This document shows, piece after piece, positions 9,311 to 18,272 of a stretch of DNA of 64,000 nucleotides. The stretch comes from an uncultured bacterium. GTDB lineage: Bacteria > UBA8481. Below the pieces are notes generated by a model. That model did not search any database. It was not told the DNA's origin and saw only the letters and a list, made by a program, of their open reading frames with translations. The position numbers and the translations under genes were made by a program. Position 1 is the stretch's first letter. Each line of letters begins with the position of its first letter. Location of the stretch: contig CAZCME010000004.1 in NCBI GenBank assembly GCA_964499705.1, positions 124,001 through 188,000 on the forward strand, read 5' to 3'.

Positions 9311-10102
9311 ATGATAACGCGACTAGGCGCAGGAGCGATCGCGTTTCTTCAGGAATTGAGCGGGCTCGTTTGGATGGCGCGCGAGACGGCATCCGAAACG
9401 CTGGAGCGGATTTCCATGGGCCGCGCTCCGATCCGTTGGTCGGACTTCTTTCTGCAAACACATCGCGTGGGTCCGGGCTCCGTTCCGCTCGTCACCCTCG
9501 TCACGCTCTTCTTCGGCATCACGATGGCCCTGCTGACGGGTTACCAGCTCCAGGCGTTCGGCCTCGTCTCCCTTGTGCCCGCGGTCGTTTCCGTATCGTT
9601 CACCCGGGAGCTGGGACCTCTTCTCACCGGCATCGTCGTCGCTTCGCGCGTCGGAGCCGCCTACACGGCGGAGCTGGGTTCGATGGTTGTGTCGGAAGAA
9701 GTCGAGGCCATCGAAGGAATGGGAATCGGTCCGCTTCGCCACCTCGTGATTCCCAGAGTGGCAGCCGTCGTTCTCCTCACACCCTGCCTCGCCGTGATCG
9801 CGGATCTCTCGGGGATCATGGGAGCGGCCTGGGTCTCGAGCGCGGCGCTGGATATTTCTTATGGTTACTTTCGGGACGAAGTGATGGCCAATCTGCTCGC
9901 GAAGGACGTTATTTCCGGAATCGTGAAGAGCCTCCTCTTCGGCGGCATCATCGGATGGATCTCCTGCTATAAGGGACTGGCCGTCCGTGGAGGCGCCGCC
10001 GCTGTGGGCGATGCGACAACATCCAGCGTCGTCGCGACCGTCACAACCGTCATCGGCTGCGATTCCATCTGCAATCTCTTTCTCGTCAACGTGCTCAAAT
10101 GA
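9311..10102 (+). CDS. mlaE: MlaE-family ABC transporter permease
   Basis: RELGPLLTGIVVASRVGAAYTAELGSM..SEEVEA; GAAAVGDATTSSVV. Confidence 0.93.
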   Translation: MITRLGAGAIAFLQELSGLVWMARETASETLERISMGRAPIRWSDFFLQTHRVGPGSVPLVTLVTLFFGITMALLTGYQLQAFGLVSLVPAVVSVSFTRELGPLLTGIVVASRVGAAYTAELGSMVVSEEVEAIEGMGIGPLRHLVIPRVAAVVLLTPCLAVIADLSGIMGAAWVSSAALDISYGYFRDEVMANLLAKDVISGIVKSLLFGGIIGWISCYKGLAVRGGAAAVGDATTSSVVATVTTVIGCDSICNLFLVNVLK

Positions 10103-10884
10103 CGGCGGAGAATCAGGAGCTGATGAAGATGACAGGGGTCAAGCTCTCGTTCGGAGACAAAGTCATTCTCAAGGATCTCGACCTCAGCCTGAACCGCGAA
10201 GAGACCCTGGTGATCATGGGGCCGAGCGGAACCGGAAAGAGCACGCTGCTCCGGCTCGTGCTGGGACTTCTTAAGGCGGACGAAGGATCCATCACCGTGA
10301 AGGGCGAGGAGACGACCCGGTTGCCGCGACCGCAACTGAACCGCCTGCGGGCCACGATCGGCATGGTGCATCAGAATTCGGCGCTGATCGGTTCGAGCAC
10401 CGTCGCCCGGAATCTCGCGTTTCCGCTCGAGGAGCTCTCGGAGAAATCATCCACGGAGATCGCGACCATCGTCGATGCGAAGCTCGCTCTCGTGGGCCTC
10501 AGCGACGCGAAGGACAAGCTTCCTTCCGAACTGAGCGGCGGCATGAAGAAACGCATCGGCCTGGCGCGAGCGCTCGTGCTGGAACCCGAGCTCGTGCTCT
10601 TCGACGAACCGACGGCGGGGCTCGATCCCGTCAACACCACGATCATCAATGAGCTCATCCTGGATCTGCGCCTGAAGCATCGCGTCACGTCCATCGTCGT
10701 CACGCACGAAATGGACAGCGCCTTCCGGATCGCCAGCCGCATGGTGCTCCTCGACGACGGCAAGATCGCCGAGGACGGCTCGAAGGAATCATTTCGCGAT
10801 TCCGGCAATCCCGCCGTTCAAAAGTTTCTAGGTCATTATTCATCGCACTTCAAGGAGGTGTCTCATGGAGATCCACAGAAATGA
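10099..10884 (+). CDS. mlaF: MlaF-family ABC transporter ATP-binding protein
   Basis: GPSGTGKS, ELSGGMKKR, FDEPTAGLDP, VTHEM. Confidence 0.93.
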   Translation: MTAENQELMKMTGVKLSFGDKVILKDLDLSLNREETLVIMGPSGTGKSTLLRLVLGLLKADEGSITVKGEETTRLPRPQLNRLRATIGMVHQNSALIGSSTVARNLAFPLEELSEKSSTEIATIVDAKLALVGLSDAKDKLPSELSGGMKKRIGLARALVLEPELVLFDEPTAGLDPVNTTIINELILDLRLKHRVTSIVVTHEMDSAFRIASRMVLLDDGKIAEDGSKESFRDSGNPAVQKFLGHYSSHFKEVSHGDPQK

Positions 10885-11428
10885 AATTTCAACCGGGATC
10901 CTGGTTATCGTCGCGCTGGGAATTCTGGGCGGCGCATTGGTCGCAATCGGCATGCCGGGTCTCATCAGACCGATGAATACGTTTCATGTCTCCTTCGACA
11001 ACGCGTCCGGCCTTCATCCCGGAGATCCCGTACTGCTGGCGGGCCGCAAGATCGGCGAGGTCACGGCATTGGAATCGCCCGTGCCGATGGATCGGCGCCC
11101 CAAGGGTCATGAAGATTACGAGGTCTTGATCGAAGTGAAGGTCGACAAAGCCGCCGGCGTACGGAGCGAAGTCACGGCGCGCCTATTTCAGCAGGGACTC
11201 ATGGGGCAGCAGGTGATCGACTTCATCGAGGGCAACGAATCGAGCCCCCTGGCGCCGGACCATTCCGTTTTCGTCGGCGAGCGCGTCCCTCAACTGACCG
11301 AAATGGCCGCGGAGAATCTCGATCGACTGACCGGGCCGAATTCCGACCTGGCCGGCATCATGAGAAACACGCGCCAGTTGACGGAGACCGTCAAGAAGGA
11401 ACCGTGGCGGCTGATCTGGAAAAAATAG
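10865..11428 (+). CDS. mlaD: MlaD/MCE-domain protein
   Basis: N-terminal TM, FDNASGLHPGDPVLLAGRKIGEV, GLMGQQVI. Confidence 0.9.
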   Translation: MEIHRNEISTGILVIVALGILGGALVAIGMPGLIRPMNTFHVSFDNASGLHPGDPVLLAGRKIGEVTALESPVPMDRRPKGHEDYEVLIEVKVDKAAGVRSEVTARLFQQGLMGQQVIDFIEGNESSPLAPDHSVFVGERVPQLTEMAAENLDRLTGPNSDLAGIMRNTRQLTETVKKEPWRLIWKK

Positions 11429-11507
11429 GCGGAGGAGCTTCACCTCTCGCCAAAATTGGACCACCCCACGCGCCGAACCACGTCGATCCCCTTGAGCCGG
11501 GTGTTCG

Positions 11508-11586
11508 CTATGAGGTCATATCCTCCGTCACGAACCGCCATCAGGTGTGGACCCCATTTCGATTGCGAAACCTGCATGCCTATCAT
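11508..11586. promoter_or_regulatory. Regulon boxes upstream of Met/His-rich secreted protein gene
   Basis: 11541-11559(+) TCAGGTGTGGACCCCATTT +21 nt TATCAT; inverted copy 11508-11526(-) GGAGGATATGACCTCATAG without a clear -10. Confidence 0.6.
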
Positions 11587-11647
11587 GATGTTATGACGCA
11601 GCGTTATGGCAGACGCCGCCGCCGCGCATATTCCAGGAGGAAAAAGT

Positions 11648-12181
11648 ATGAAGAAATTCACGATTTATATTGTTCTGGCGATCCTCTGCATCGCCTCGGT
11701 GTCGGTTCAGGTCATCGCCGCGAAGATGAATGAGCATCGCGACATGACCAAACACATGCGGGACTCGGCTCGCGAACCGCACCACATGCTGGCGATGGCA
11801 TACAAGAGCAATCTGATGACATTCGCCAGGATCCTGCAACAGCCGGCCGGCCGGTCCGAAGCCGTGGACACGACCATGGCTCGATCGGCCGTCATGGAAA
11901 TGCGCCGTAGCTTCGAGATGCTGAAGCAGCACCATTCGGATCACGAGAGGACGATGAGCGACGACATGAAGGTGCGGATGTCGAAGATGACTCAACAGAT
12001 GGACACGAGAATCGCGACGATCGACAGCCGGCTCGACGAGTTGGAACTTGAGGTTTCCTACAGCGTGCTGAACGCGCGGAATATTTCCGAGCTTTCAAGG
12101 AAGATCGTTCATGAATGCAATCACATAGCTAGCATGCACACGCCCGCGCGAACCGGAGTGACCGGCCGCGCAAACCGCTGA
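11648..12181 (+). CDS. Secreted Met/His-rich helical hypothetical protein
   Basis: GGAGG RBS, signal peptide MKKFTIYIVLAILCIASVSVQVIA, many M/H residues. Confidence 0.75.
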   Translation: MKKFTIYIVLAILCIASVSVQVIAAKMNEHRDMTKHMRDSAREPHHMLAMAYKSNLMTFARILQQPAGRSEAVDTTMARSAVMEMRRSFEMLKQHHSDHERTMSDDMKVRMSKMTQQMDTRIATIDSRLDELELEVSYSVLNARNISELSRKIVHECNHIASMHTPARTGVTGRANR

Positions 12182-12263
12182 CGAGTCCGGCAGGGAATCG
12201 GAACCGAATTATCTTCCGACAACGGCTTATGGAAATTCATTTCAGCTCAAGAAGGAGCACACC

Positions 12264-12692
12264 ATGAAACGCAACGCATCGGCTGTATGGCAAGGCGGCC
12301 TCAAGGACGGCAAGGGCCGGATCTCGACGGGAAGCGGAGTGCTCTCCGAGGCGCCTTACGGATTCACGACGCGCTTCGAAAGCGAAGCGGGGACCAATCC
12401 CGAGGAACTCATCGCGGCGGCGCACGCCGGCTGTTTTTCGATGGCGCTCTCGGGTCAGTTGGAGGCCGCCCAGATGAAGGCGGAGAAGATCAGTGTCAAA
12501 GCGACCGTCAGCCTCGACAAGCTCGACCCGGGCTGGACGGTTACGGAAATCCACCTGGACGTCACCGCGAAAATACCCGGCGCGGACGCGGACAAGTTCA
12601 TGACGGCGGCCCAGGCCGCCAAAGTCGGGTGTCCGATATCGCGCCTGCTGGGCGCGGCAGCAAGCATCACCATGGATGCCCGTCTTGTTTGA
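12264..12692 (+). CDS. osmC: OsmC-family peroxiredoxin
   Basis: GTNPEELIAAAHAGCFSMAL; AKVGCPISR. Confidence 0.95.
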   Translation: MKRNASAVWQGGLKDGKGRISTGSGVLSEAPYGFTTRFESEAGTNPEELIAAAHAGCFSMALSGQLEAAQMKAEKISVKATVSLDKLDPGWTVTEIHLDVTAKIPGADADKFMTAAQAAKVGCPISRLLGAAASITMDARLV

Positions 12693-14140
12693 TGAGGAAT
12701 AACTCAAAGCATGTCGACGTAGCCATCATCGGAGCGGGGTCTGCCGGATTATCCGCGCTGGCGGAGGTCCGTAAGGTCACGAAAAAATACATCGTCATCG
12801 ACTCTGGTCCGCTCGGCACGACGTGCGCGCGCGCGGGCTGCATGCCCTCGAAAGCACTGATTCAGGCGGCCCATGAATTCCACCGCCGTCTTCATCTGGA
12901 GAAACGGGGCATTCATGGTGGAAACAAGCTCCGCCTTGACATTCCGGAAGCCCTGGCCCGCGTCCGAAAACTCCGCGATCACTTTGCGGGCGGAATGATC
13001 CGCTCGACGAAGAAATTGGGAAGCCATCTCGTCCGAGGCCGGGCCTTGCTTGCGGGGCCCCACGAACTGCAGGTCGGAAAGAAAGAATACTTCGCCGAGC
13101 GCATCATCCTGGCTACAGGTTCGATCCCCGTCGTGCCTGAGGAATTTCAAGCGCTTGGCACCCGGGTCGTCACGACCGAATCCCTCTTCGACCTGGAGAA
13201 TCTCCCGGCGCGGATCGGAGTCGTAGGACTGGGGCCCGTAGGACTCGAGATCGGCCAGGCTCTTTCCCGGCTGGGCTGCGATGTCAGCGCCTTCGATCAA
13301 GCGCGGAGCGTGGGGAAACTCACCGATCCCGCGATCAGAGCGTACGCCTCAAGGCATTTCGCGAAGGAATTCGCCATTCACCTGAACGCCGCAGTGAAAT
13401 TCGAGGTGAATTCAAAACAAGTCGGCGTCCTGATTAAAGGCCGTCGTTACGCGCAGGATCTGATCCTGGCGAGCCTCGGACGCCGGCCCAATCTCGATTC
13501 CATCGGACTCGCTGAAATGGGAGTCGCTCTGGACGATAGCGGAATTCCTGAATTCGACCGTGGTACGATGAAACTTACCGGACTCCCCATTTATCTCGCG
13601 GGAGACGTGAGTGCCGAGCGGCCCATCCTTCATGAGGCCTCCGACGAAGGCAGGATGGCCGGCTATAATAGCGTCCATTCCATACAGCGCTGCTTCAAAC
13701 GCCGTGTTCCCCTTGCCATCACATTCACCGACCCCAATCTTGCTATGGTCGGAAGACGCTATGATGAAATGAAACGAGGAAGTTTCGTCACGGGCGAAGT
13801 GAGCTTTGAGACGCAGGGACGTTCCCTCATTCTAGGAGAAAACTACGGGCTACTTCATGTCTATGCCGACCCGTCGGACGGAAGGTTTTTCGGCGCCGAG
13901 ATGATCGGGCCTGCAGGCGAGCACCTCGCTCACCTGATGGCCTGGGCGCTCCAACAGAGGCTCACGATATTCGAGATGCTCAGAATGCCGTTCTATCATC
14001 CTGTGGTCGAAGAGGGTTTGCGCACCGCGCTTCGCGACGCGGCGGGAAAAGTGAAACCCGGAGCCGAAAAGCGCGAGCTGGAATTCTGTAATCTGAATTT
14101 TCATGAAGACGCCGGTCGAGTCAGATCGGAGCGATCATGA
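12692..14140 (+). CDS. Dihydrolipoyl dehydrogenase-like pyridine nucleotide-disulfide oxidoreductase
   Basis: IIGAGSAG, GTTCARAGCMPSK, GLGPVGLE, C-terminal HPVVEE; ATG overlaps osmC stop (TGATG). Confidence 0.9.
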   Translation: MRNNSKHVDVAIIGAGSAGLSALAEVRKVTKKYIVIDSGPLGTTCARAGCMPSKALIQAAHEFHRRLHLEKRGIHGGNKLRLDIPEALARVRKLRDHFAGGMIRSTKKLGSHLVRGRALLAGPHELQVGKKEYFAERIILATGSIPVVPEEFQALGTRVVTTESLFDLENLPARIGVVGLGPVGLEIGQALSRLGCDVSAFDQARSVGKLTDPAIRAYASRHFAKEFAIHLNAAVKFEVNSKQVGVLIKGRRYAQDLILASLGRRPNLDSIGLAEMGVALDDSGIPEFDRGTMKLTGLPIYLAGDVSAERPILHEASDEGRMAGYNSVHSIQRCFKRRVPLAITFTDPNLAMVGRRYDEMKRGSFVTGEVSFETQGRSLILGENYGLLHVYADPSDGRFFGAEMIGPAGEHLAHLMAWALQQRLTIFEMLRMPFYHPVVEEGLRTALRDAAGKVKPGAEKRELEFCNLNFHEDAGRVRSERS

Positions 14141-14207
14141 AACAAACTTTTTGGATTTTCGAAATATAGTGCCCCGACGATGAACATCACGGGCGTCTCA
14201 CATCTCA

Positions 14208-14253
14208 ACTTTAGGTGATTCGCCTCTTCAAGTGCTATGGGGTCTTAAACTCA
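14208..14253 (-). promoter_or_regulatory. Regulon box + -10 with no obvious downstream ORF
   Basis: 14235-14253(-) TGAGTTTAAGACCCCATAG +21 nt TAAAGT (14213-14208). Confidence 0.5.
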
Positions 14254-14306
14254 TTCACGACACCGATCGTAAACAAACCTTACGCCATTAAAAGGGGCGG
14301 ATTCGG

Positions 14307-14690
14307 TCAGACTTGTTTTCCAGCGTTATCGAGGCCGAGGTGGAGTCTCAAGGCGCGCTCGACGTCATTCATGGCTGCCTGCCCGGCCCTGCCCTCTTTT
14401 TTGGCAACGCGACGGCGATCATAGGTCATGACCATGGAAGCGTTCGCGACGCGCGATTCGCCGAGCGTGGATCGAGGCGCTCGAAGATCCACCATGTAGG
14501 CGCGCCCCGCTCGTTCCGCCGAATATTTCTGCGTCGGGATGACGGTCACGGCGGCGCCGAAACGGTTTGCCGCGTCGTTGGAGACAACCAGACAGGTTCG
14601 TGTCTTCCTGGGTTCAACGCCTAGGGAAGGATCGCAGGATATCCAGAGAATATCTCCGCGCCGAATTTCGATCGGATCACTCTTTTTCAT
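14307..14690 (-). CDS. PemK/MazF-family toxin (mRNA interferase)
   Basis: IRRGDILWISCDPSLGVEPRKTRTCLVVSNDAAN...VTVIP. Confidence 0.9.
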   Translation of the reverse strand: MKKSDPIEIRRGDILWISCDPSLGVEPRKTRTCLVVSNDAANRFGAAVTVIPTQKYSAERAGRAYMVDLRAPRSTLGESRVANASMVMTYDRRRVAKKEGRAGQAAMNDVERALRLHLGLDNAGKQV

Positions 14691-15642
14691 CGGATAGAAG
14701 ATCGAGTTGCGCGTTCTCGAGATCGCTGAGAAGTCGGGACGAGTCCTTTCGGCCTGCGGCATAATCAGCGGCCAACCGAGCCTCTTTTTCCCGCGGCGCG
14801 GGCGGCGCCTGCGCTTCCTGCCGCGGCTGCCATGGTTCCGGAACCTGATCGGTCCAGACCTTGAAGCTCAGCAGCTTCGCCGGGCCGAAGGACGTCATGA
14901 GAGCGACATCCGCCGCGTCGCGGCCTACGGCCATCAGGATGCGGCCGATGCGGGGACGGTTGTTGCGCGCATCGAACGTATGCCAGGCGCCCTGCAGGTA
15001 GACCTCGAACCATGCGGAGAAATCCATGGGGTCCGGACTGTACGGAACTCCGATATCGCCGAGATATCCCGTCGCGTATCGCGCCGGAATATGCATGGCC
15101 CGGCAGAAGGCGATCGCCAAGTGCTGGTAATCGCGGCAGACTCCTATGCCCTCGTTATACGCTTCGAACGCGGTCCGGGTGCTTCGAGCGCACGGGTAGC
15201 TGAATGTCATGCGGGAATGCACCCAATCGCAGATGCTTTGAACACGAGCCCATCCCAATGGCGAGGAGCCGAACAGGTTCCACGCGATGTCGCTCAGGAG
15301 ATCGACCTCGCAGTATCGGCTTGAAATAAGAAAGGGCAGAACTTCGTCCGGCAGCGTTTCGATCGGATGCTGCGTGGCCTGCCACTCGACAGAATCTTCG
15401 TTGCCGGAATCGGAGACCAGCGTGTCCGATGCGATCCGCAGGACGCCCGCCGGCACCGTCACCCGGGACGCGCGATTCCCGAATTGATCCGTGAAATCAT
15501 GGATCGGCAGCGAGGGCTCGACACAGATCAATTCCTGCGAGTGCATGCGAGACTCGATGCTGGGATGGACATGCAGCATCAGGATCGCCGGCGCCGGCGC
15601 CGGGAAATCGAACGACATGTCATATCCGATGCGGAGTATCAC
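14677..15642 (-). CDS. Transglutaminase-family protein with atypical C-terminal extension
   Basis: GVCRDYQHL, PARYATGYLGD, DFSAWFEVYL..W.TFDAR, GRDAADV; about 50 extra residues after VWTDQV. Confidence 0.9.
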   Translation of the reverse strand: MILRIGYDMSFDFPAPAPAILMLHVHPSIESRMHSQELICVEPSLPIHDFTDQFGNRASRVTVPAGVLRIASDTLVSDSGNEDSVEWQATQHPIETLPDEVLPFLISSRYCEVDLLSDIAWNLFGSSPLGWARVQSICDWVHSRMTFSYPCARSTRTAFEAYNEGIGVCRDYQHLAIAFCRAMHIPARYATGYLGDIGVPYSPDPMDFSAWFEVYLQGAWHTFDARNNRPRIGRILMAVGRDAADVALMTSFGPAKLLSFKVWTDQVPEPWQPRQEAQAPPAPREKEARLAADYAAGRKDSSRLLSDLENAQLDLLSDEKE

Positions 15643-15672
15643 GTTGTCGGCCGATGAGCGGGATTCATCCCG

Positions 15673-16359
15673 CTAGGCAATGCTGAACTGGACACTGCTT
15701 TCGATGACTCCCGATTCGATCGCGTAACGCGTCAGGCCGGCGGTGTCGTGGATGTCGAGCTTCCGCATCAGATGGTCGCGGTGCTTCTCGACGGTCTTGA
15801 CGCTGATGCCGAGCTCCGCGGCGACTTCCTTGTTGGACTTGCCTTCGGCGACGAGTTGGAGCACCTCTGCTTCGCGGGATGTCAGATGCTTTCCCTTCCC
15901 TCGAATCTTGCCCTTTCGATTGACCGACTTCTCGTTCTTATGGTCGCGCCGTTTGGCGATCGACACGCTGAAGTAAGTTTCCCCCTTCCCTACCGCGCGA
16001 ATCGCATCGGCGAGAAACTGGGCGGAAGTCTGCTTGACGAGGTACCCCTTCGCCCCCAGTTCCATCGCTTTCTCGACGTACGCGTCATCGCTGTGCGCGG
16101 AGAGGATGATCACGCAGGCGTCGGGGACGGCCTGGCAGATCTGCCGGGTGGCTTCGAGGCCGTTCAAGAGCGGCATGGCGATATCCATGACGATCACGTC
16201 GGGGTGAAGTTTCCTGGCCATCTCGACGGCCTCGCGGCCGTTGGTCGCTTCGCCGATCACCTCGATGTCGCTCTCCATCTCCAGAATCTTCCGCAGACCT
16301 TCCCGCACAATCATGTGGTCCTCGGATATCAGCACGCTGATGCGCTTCACGGCTTTCAT
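15673..16359 (-). CDS. NarL/FixJ-family response regulator (REC + LuxR HTH)
   Basis: EDHMIVREG, MDIAMP, LTSREAEVLQLVAEGKSNKEVAAELGISVKTVEKHR; ATGA overlap with kinase stop. Confidence 0.95.
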   Translation of the reverse strand: MKAVKRISVLISEDHMIVREGLRKILEMESDIEVIGEATNGREAVEMARKLHPDVIVMDIAMPLLNGLEATRQICQAVPDACVIILSAHSDDAYVEKAMELGAKGYLVKQTSAQFLADAIRAVGKGETYFSVSIAKRRDHKNEKSVNRKGKIRGKGKHLTSREAEVLQLVAEGKSNKEVAAELGISVKTVEKHRDHLMRKLDIHDTAGLTRYAIESGVIESSVQFSIA

Positions 16360-17501
16360 AAGCTCACAGCCTCCTTCGCTCCGATGCCGCACGGAATCAT
16401 CGCATGGATCGTCGTGCCTCGGTTCGGCGCGGACTCAACCGAGAACTTGCCTCCGACCATCTCCACGCGCTCCCTGATCCCCAGAAGCCCCAATCGCTTG
16501 CACTTGTTGTTGTGAAGAACGTGCGTCAGTTCGAATCCTCTGCCGTTATCGCTGATGTCCATGCCGATGGCGTTGGAATGTTTCTGGATGTTGACTTCCG
16601 CCCGGCCGGCTTTCGCATGGCGCGCGACATTGGTCAGCGCCTCATGGGCGACGCGATAAAGCGCCGTGCGCTTCGCAATGCTCAATTCTTCCACTCCCTC
16701 GAATGCCGTCAATTTGACCCGGATGCCGGCTTCGCGGGAAAAGATCTTGAGAAACGATTGCAATGCGGGAATCAAACCCAGGTCGTCCAGCACGGCGGGG
16801 CGCAATTCGCGCGCGAACCGATGCACGATATTCACCGACTTTTCCACCAACCTCTGCGTGCGTGAGATCTTGCCGGAGAGGCCCTTGGAATCTGCCGCGG
16901 CCGCGACCTTCAAGGTCGCCAGCCGGAGATTGATGCCCGTCAGCATCTGGGCGATCACGTCGTGCAATTCACGGCTGATCCTCTTGCGCTCTTCCTCCTG
17001 CACGAGGAGAATCCGATGGGAGAGAAGCCTCATTTCCTCCTGCTGAAGACGCGCCTGCTCCAGTAATATCCTGGCCTGCTGCTCGCTCTTTCGGAGGGAT
17101 CCCTCCGCCGCAAGACGGCGGATGATCTCCTTTTTCAACTGCCGGTTGGAGGAAGCGAGATCCGTCGTGCGCCGGGAGAGCGACGCATACAGCTCTCTCA
17201 ATTGACTGTGGGCTTCCATCGCCGAGCGATGCGTCTCCTCCATCGGGATGACGGCCTCCGAAAAAAAGAGCTTCGCCCGCTTGATGATCGCGAGCCGCTC
17301 CGCGACGGCGCCGACCGGCAGCACCTGTTCAATGAGAGCCTGCTCATGAATCATGGCCAGATCCAGCGTCTCCATGCCATAGGACACGGCCTGCCGTCCC
17401 AGCTTCAAGGCGGATCGAAGTCCCGCGTGAGACCCGCTCTTCATGTAGCGGCGCAATGCCTCTTTATAGATCCGCGCCAGATGGCTCCGCTTACTTTTCA
17501 T
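16356..17501 (-). CDS. Cytoplasmic HisKA_3 histidine kinase with RsbU_N-like N-terminal domain
   Basis: EEERKRISRELHD, HEALTNVARHA, DNGRGF, GLLGIRER; N-terminus Y..ALRRY....LRSALKLGRQAV..METLDLAMIHEQAL; no TM. Confidence 0.9.
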   Translation of the reverse strand: MKSKRSHLARIYKEALRRYMKSGSHAGLRSALKLGRQAVSYGMETLDLAMIHEQALIEQVLPVGAVAERLAIIKRAKLFFSEAVIPMEETHRSAMEAHSQLRELYASLSRRTTDLASSNRQLKKEIIRRLAAEGSLRKSEQQARILLEQARLQQEEMRLLSHRILLVQEEERKRISRELHDVIAQMLTGINLRLATLKVAAAADSKGLSGKISRTQRLVEKSVNIVHRFARELRPAVLDDLGLIPALQSFLKIFSREAGIRVKLTAFEGVEELSIAKRTALYRVAHEALTNVARHAKAGRAEVNIQKHSNAIGMDISDNGRGFELTHVLHNNKCKRLGLLGIRERVEMVGGKFSVESAPNRGTTIHAMIPCGIGAKEAVSL

Positions 17502-18219
17502 TTCGCGCTCCGAATTTAAGGGCCATCCGATAGATGGTCCTGGCGGATTGGTTCACCAGCCGCTGCGTCGCGAAAATTTCACTCTCGAGATCATCGGTGC
17601 TGGCTCGCGCCGATTTTTTCAATGTCAGGAGACGGAGATTGATCGAGATGAGGATCTGGGCGATTTCATCATGGAGCTGGCGGCTCGTCTTCTGCCGTTC
17701 GTTCTCCTGCGACGTGAGAATCTGGTGCGTCTGTTTCCGCATGCTTCTCTGAAGGCGGCCTGATTCTTTCAACAGACCGGCGCTATAGCTGCCGCTCTTC
17801 ACGAGCGCCTTTTCGGCCGCTTTGCGACGGGCGATGCCATGTTTCAAGTTCCGCGTCGATGCCGTCGACTCCCGCGTGCGCTGGTCCAGCGATTGAATCA
17901 CTTTTCGGACATGGACATCGTCCTTCACGGCCGCGCTGTGCGTCTTCTCGACCGGGACGATCGTCTCGGCGAAAAATGCCCTGGCCCGATCGTTTCTTTG
18001 CGGGGCCGACATCGATGCTCCACCGGCGGAGACCAGATTCTTCATGGACTGGCGGTGAATGCGCGCCATGTCCAGCGTCTCCATCTTCAGGGCCATCGCC
18101 TCGCGGCCCAGCTTTAACGCAGGCCGCATGCTCGCCTTCGGCCCCGACCGTGTGTGCCTGCGAAGCGCGGTCTGATACCGACGCGCCCATCTGTTCTGCC
18201 TATCGTTCAATTTCGCCAT
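17491..18219 (-). CDS. Paralogous RsbU_N-like + HisKA_3 protein lacking the ATPase domain
   Basis: Collinear with downstream kinase (ALKLGREA..METLDMARIH; QENERQKTSRQLHDEIAQ) but ends after the DHp helices. Confidence 0.8.
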   Translation of the reverse strand: MAKLNDRQNRWARRYQTALRRHTRSGPKASMRPALKLGREAMALKMETLDMARIHRQSMKNLVSAGGASMSAPQRNDRARAFFAETIVPVEKTHSAAVKDDVHVRKVIQSLDQRTRESTASTRNLKHGIARRKAAEKALVKSGSYSAGLLKESGRLQRSMRKQTHQILTSQENERQKTSRQLHDEIAQILISINLRLLTLKKSARASTDDLESEIFATQRLVNQSARTIYRMALKFGARNEK

Positions 18220-18228
18220 TTAATGACA

Positions 18229-18272
18229 GGATACGCGATAACCGGCTCCTCTGCTGTGGGTAATAACCCTAC
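18229..18272 (-). promoter_or_regulatory. Regulon box in front of the two-component operon
   Basis: 18254-18272(-) GTAGGGTTATTACCCACAG +20 nt TATCCT, ATG 8 nt later. Confidence 0.7.

Noticed and set aside
12287-12691. N-terminal extensions in ORF-track calls (lpd-like, ruvB, dusB, GT2, epimerase, DegT)
   Set aside because: Extensions overlap upstream genes; true starts lie at stop/start overlaps
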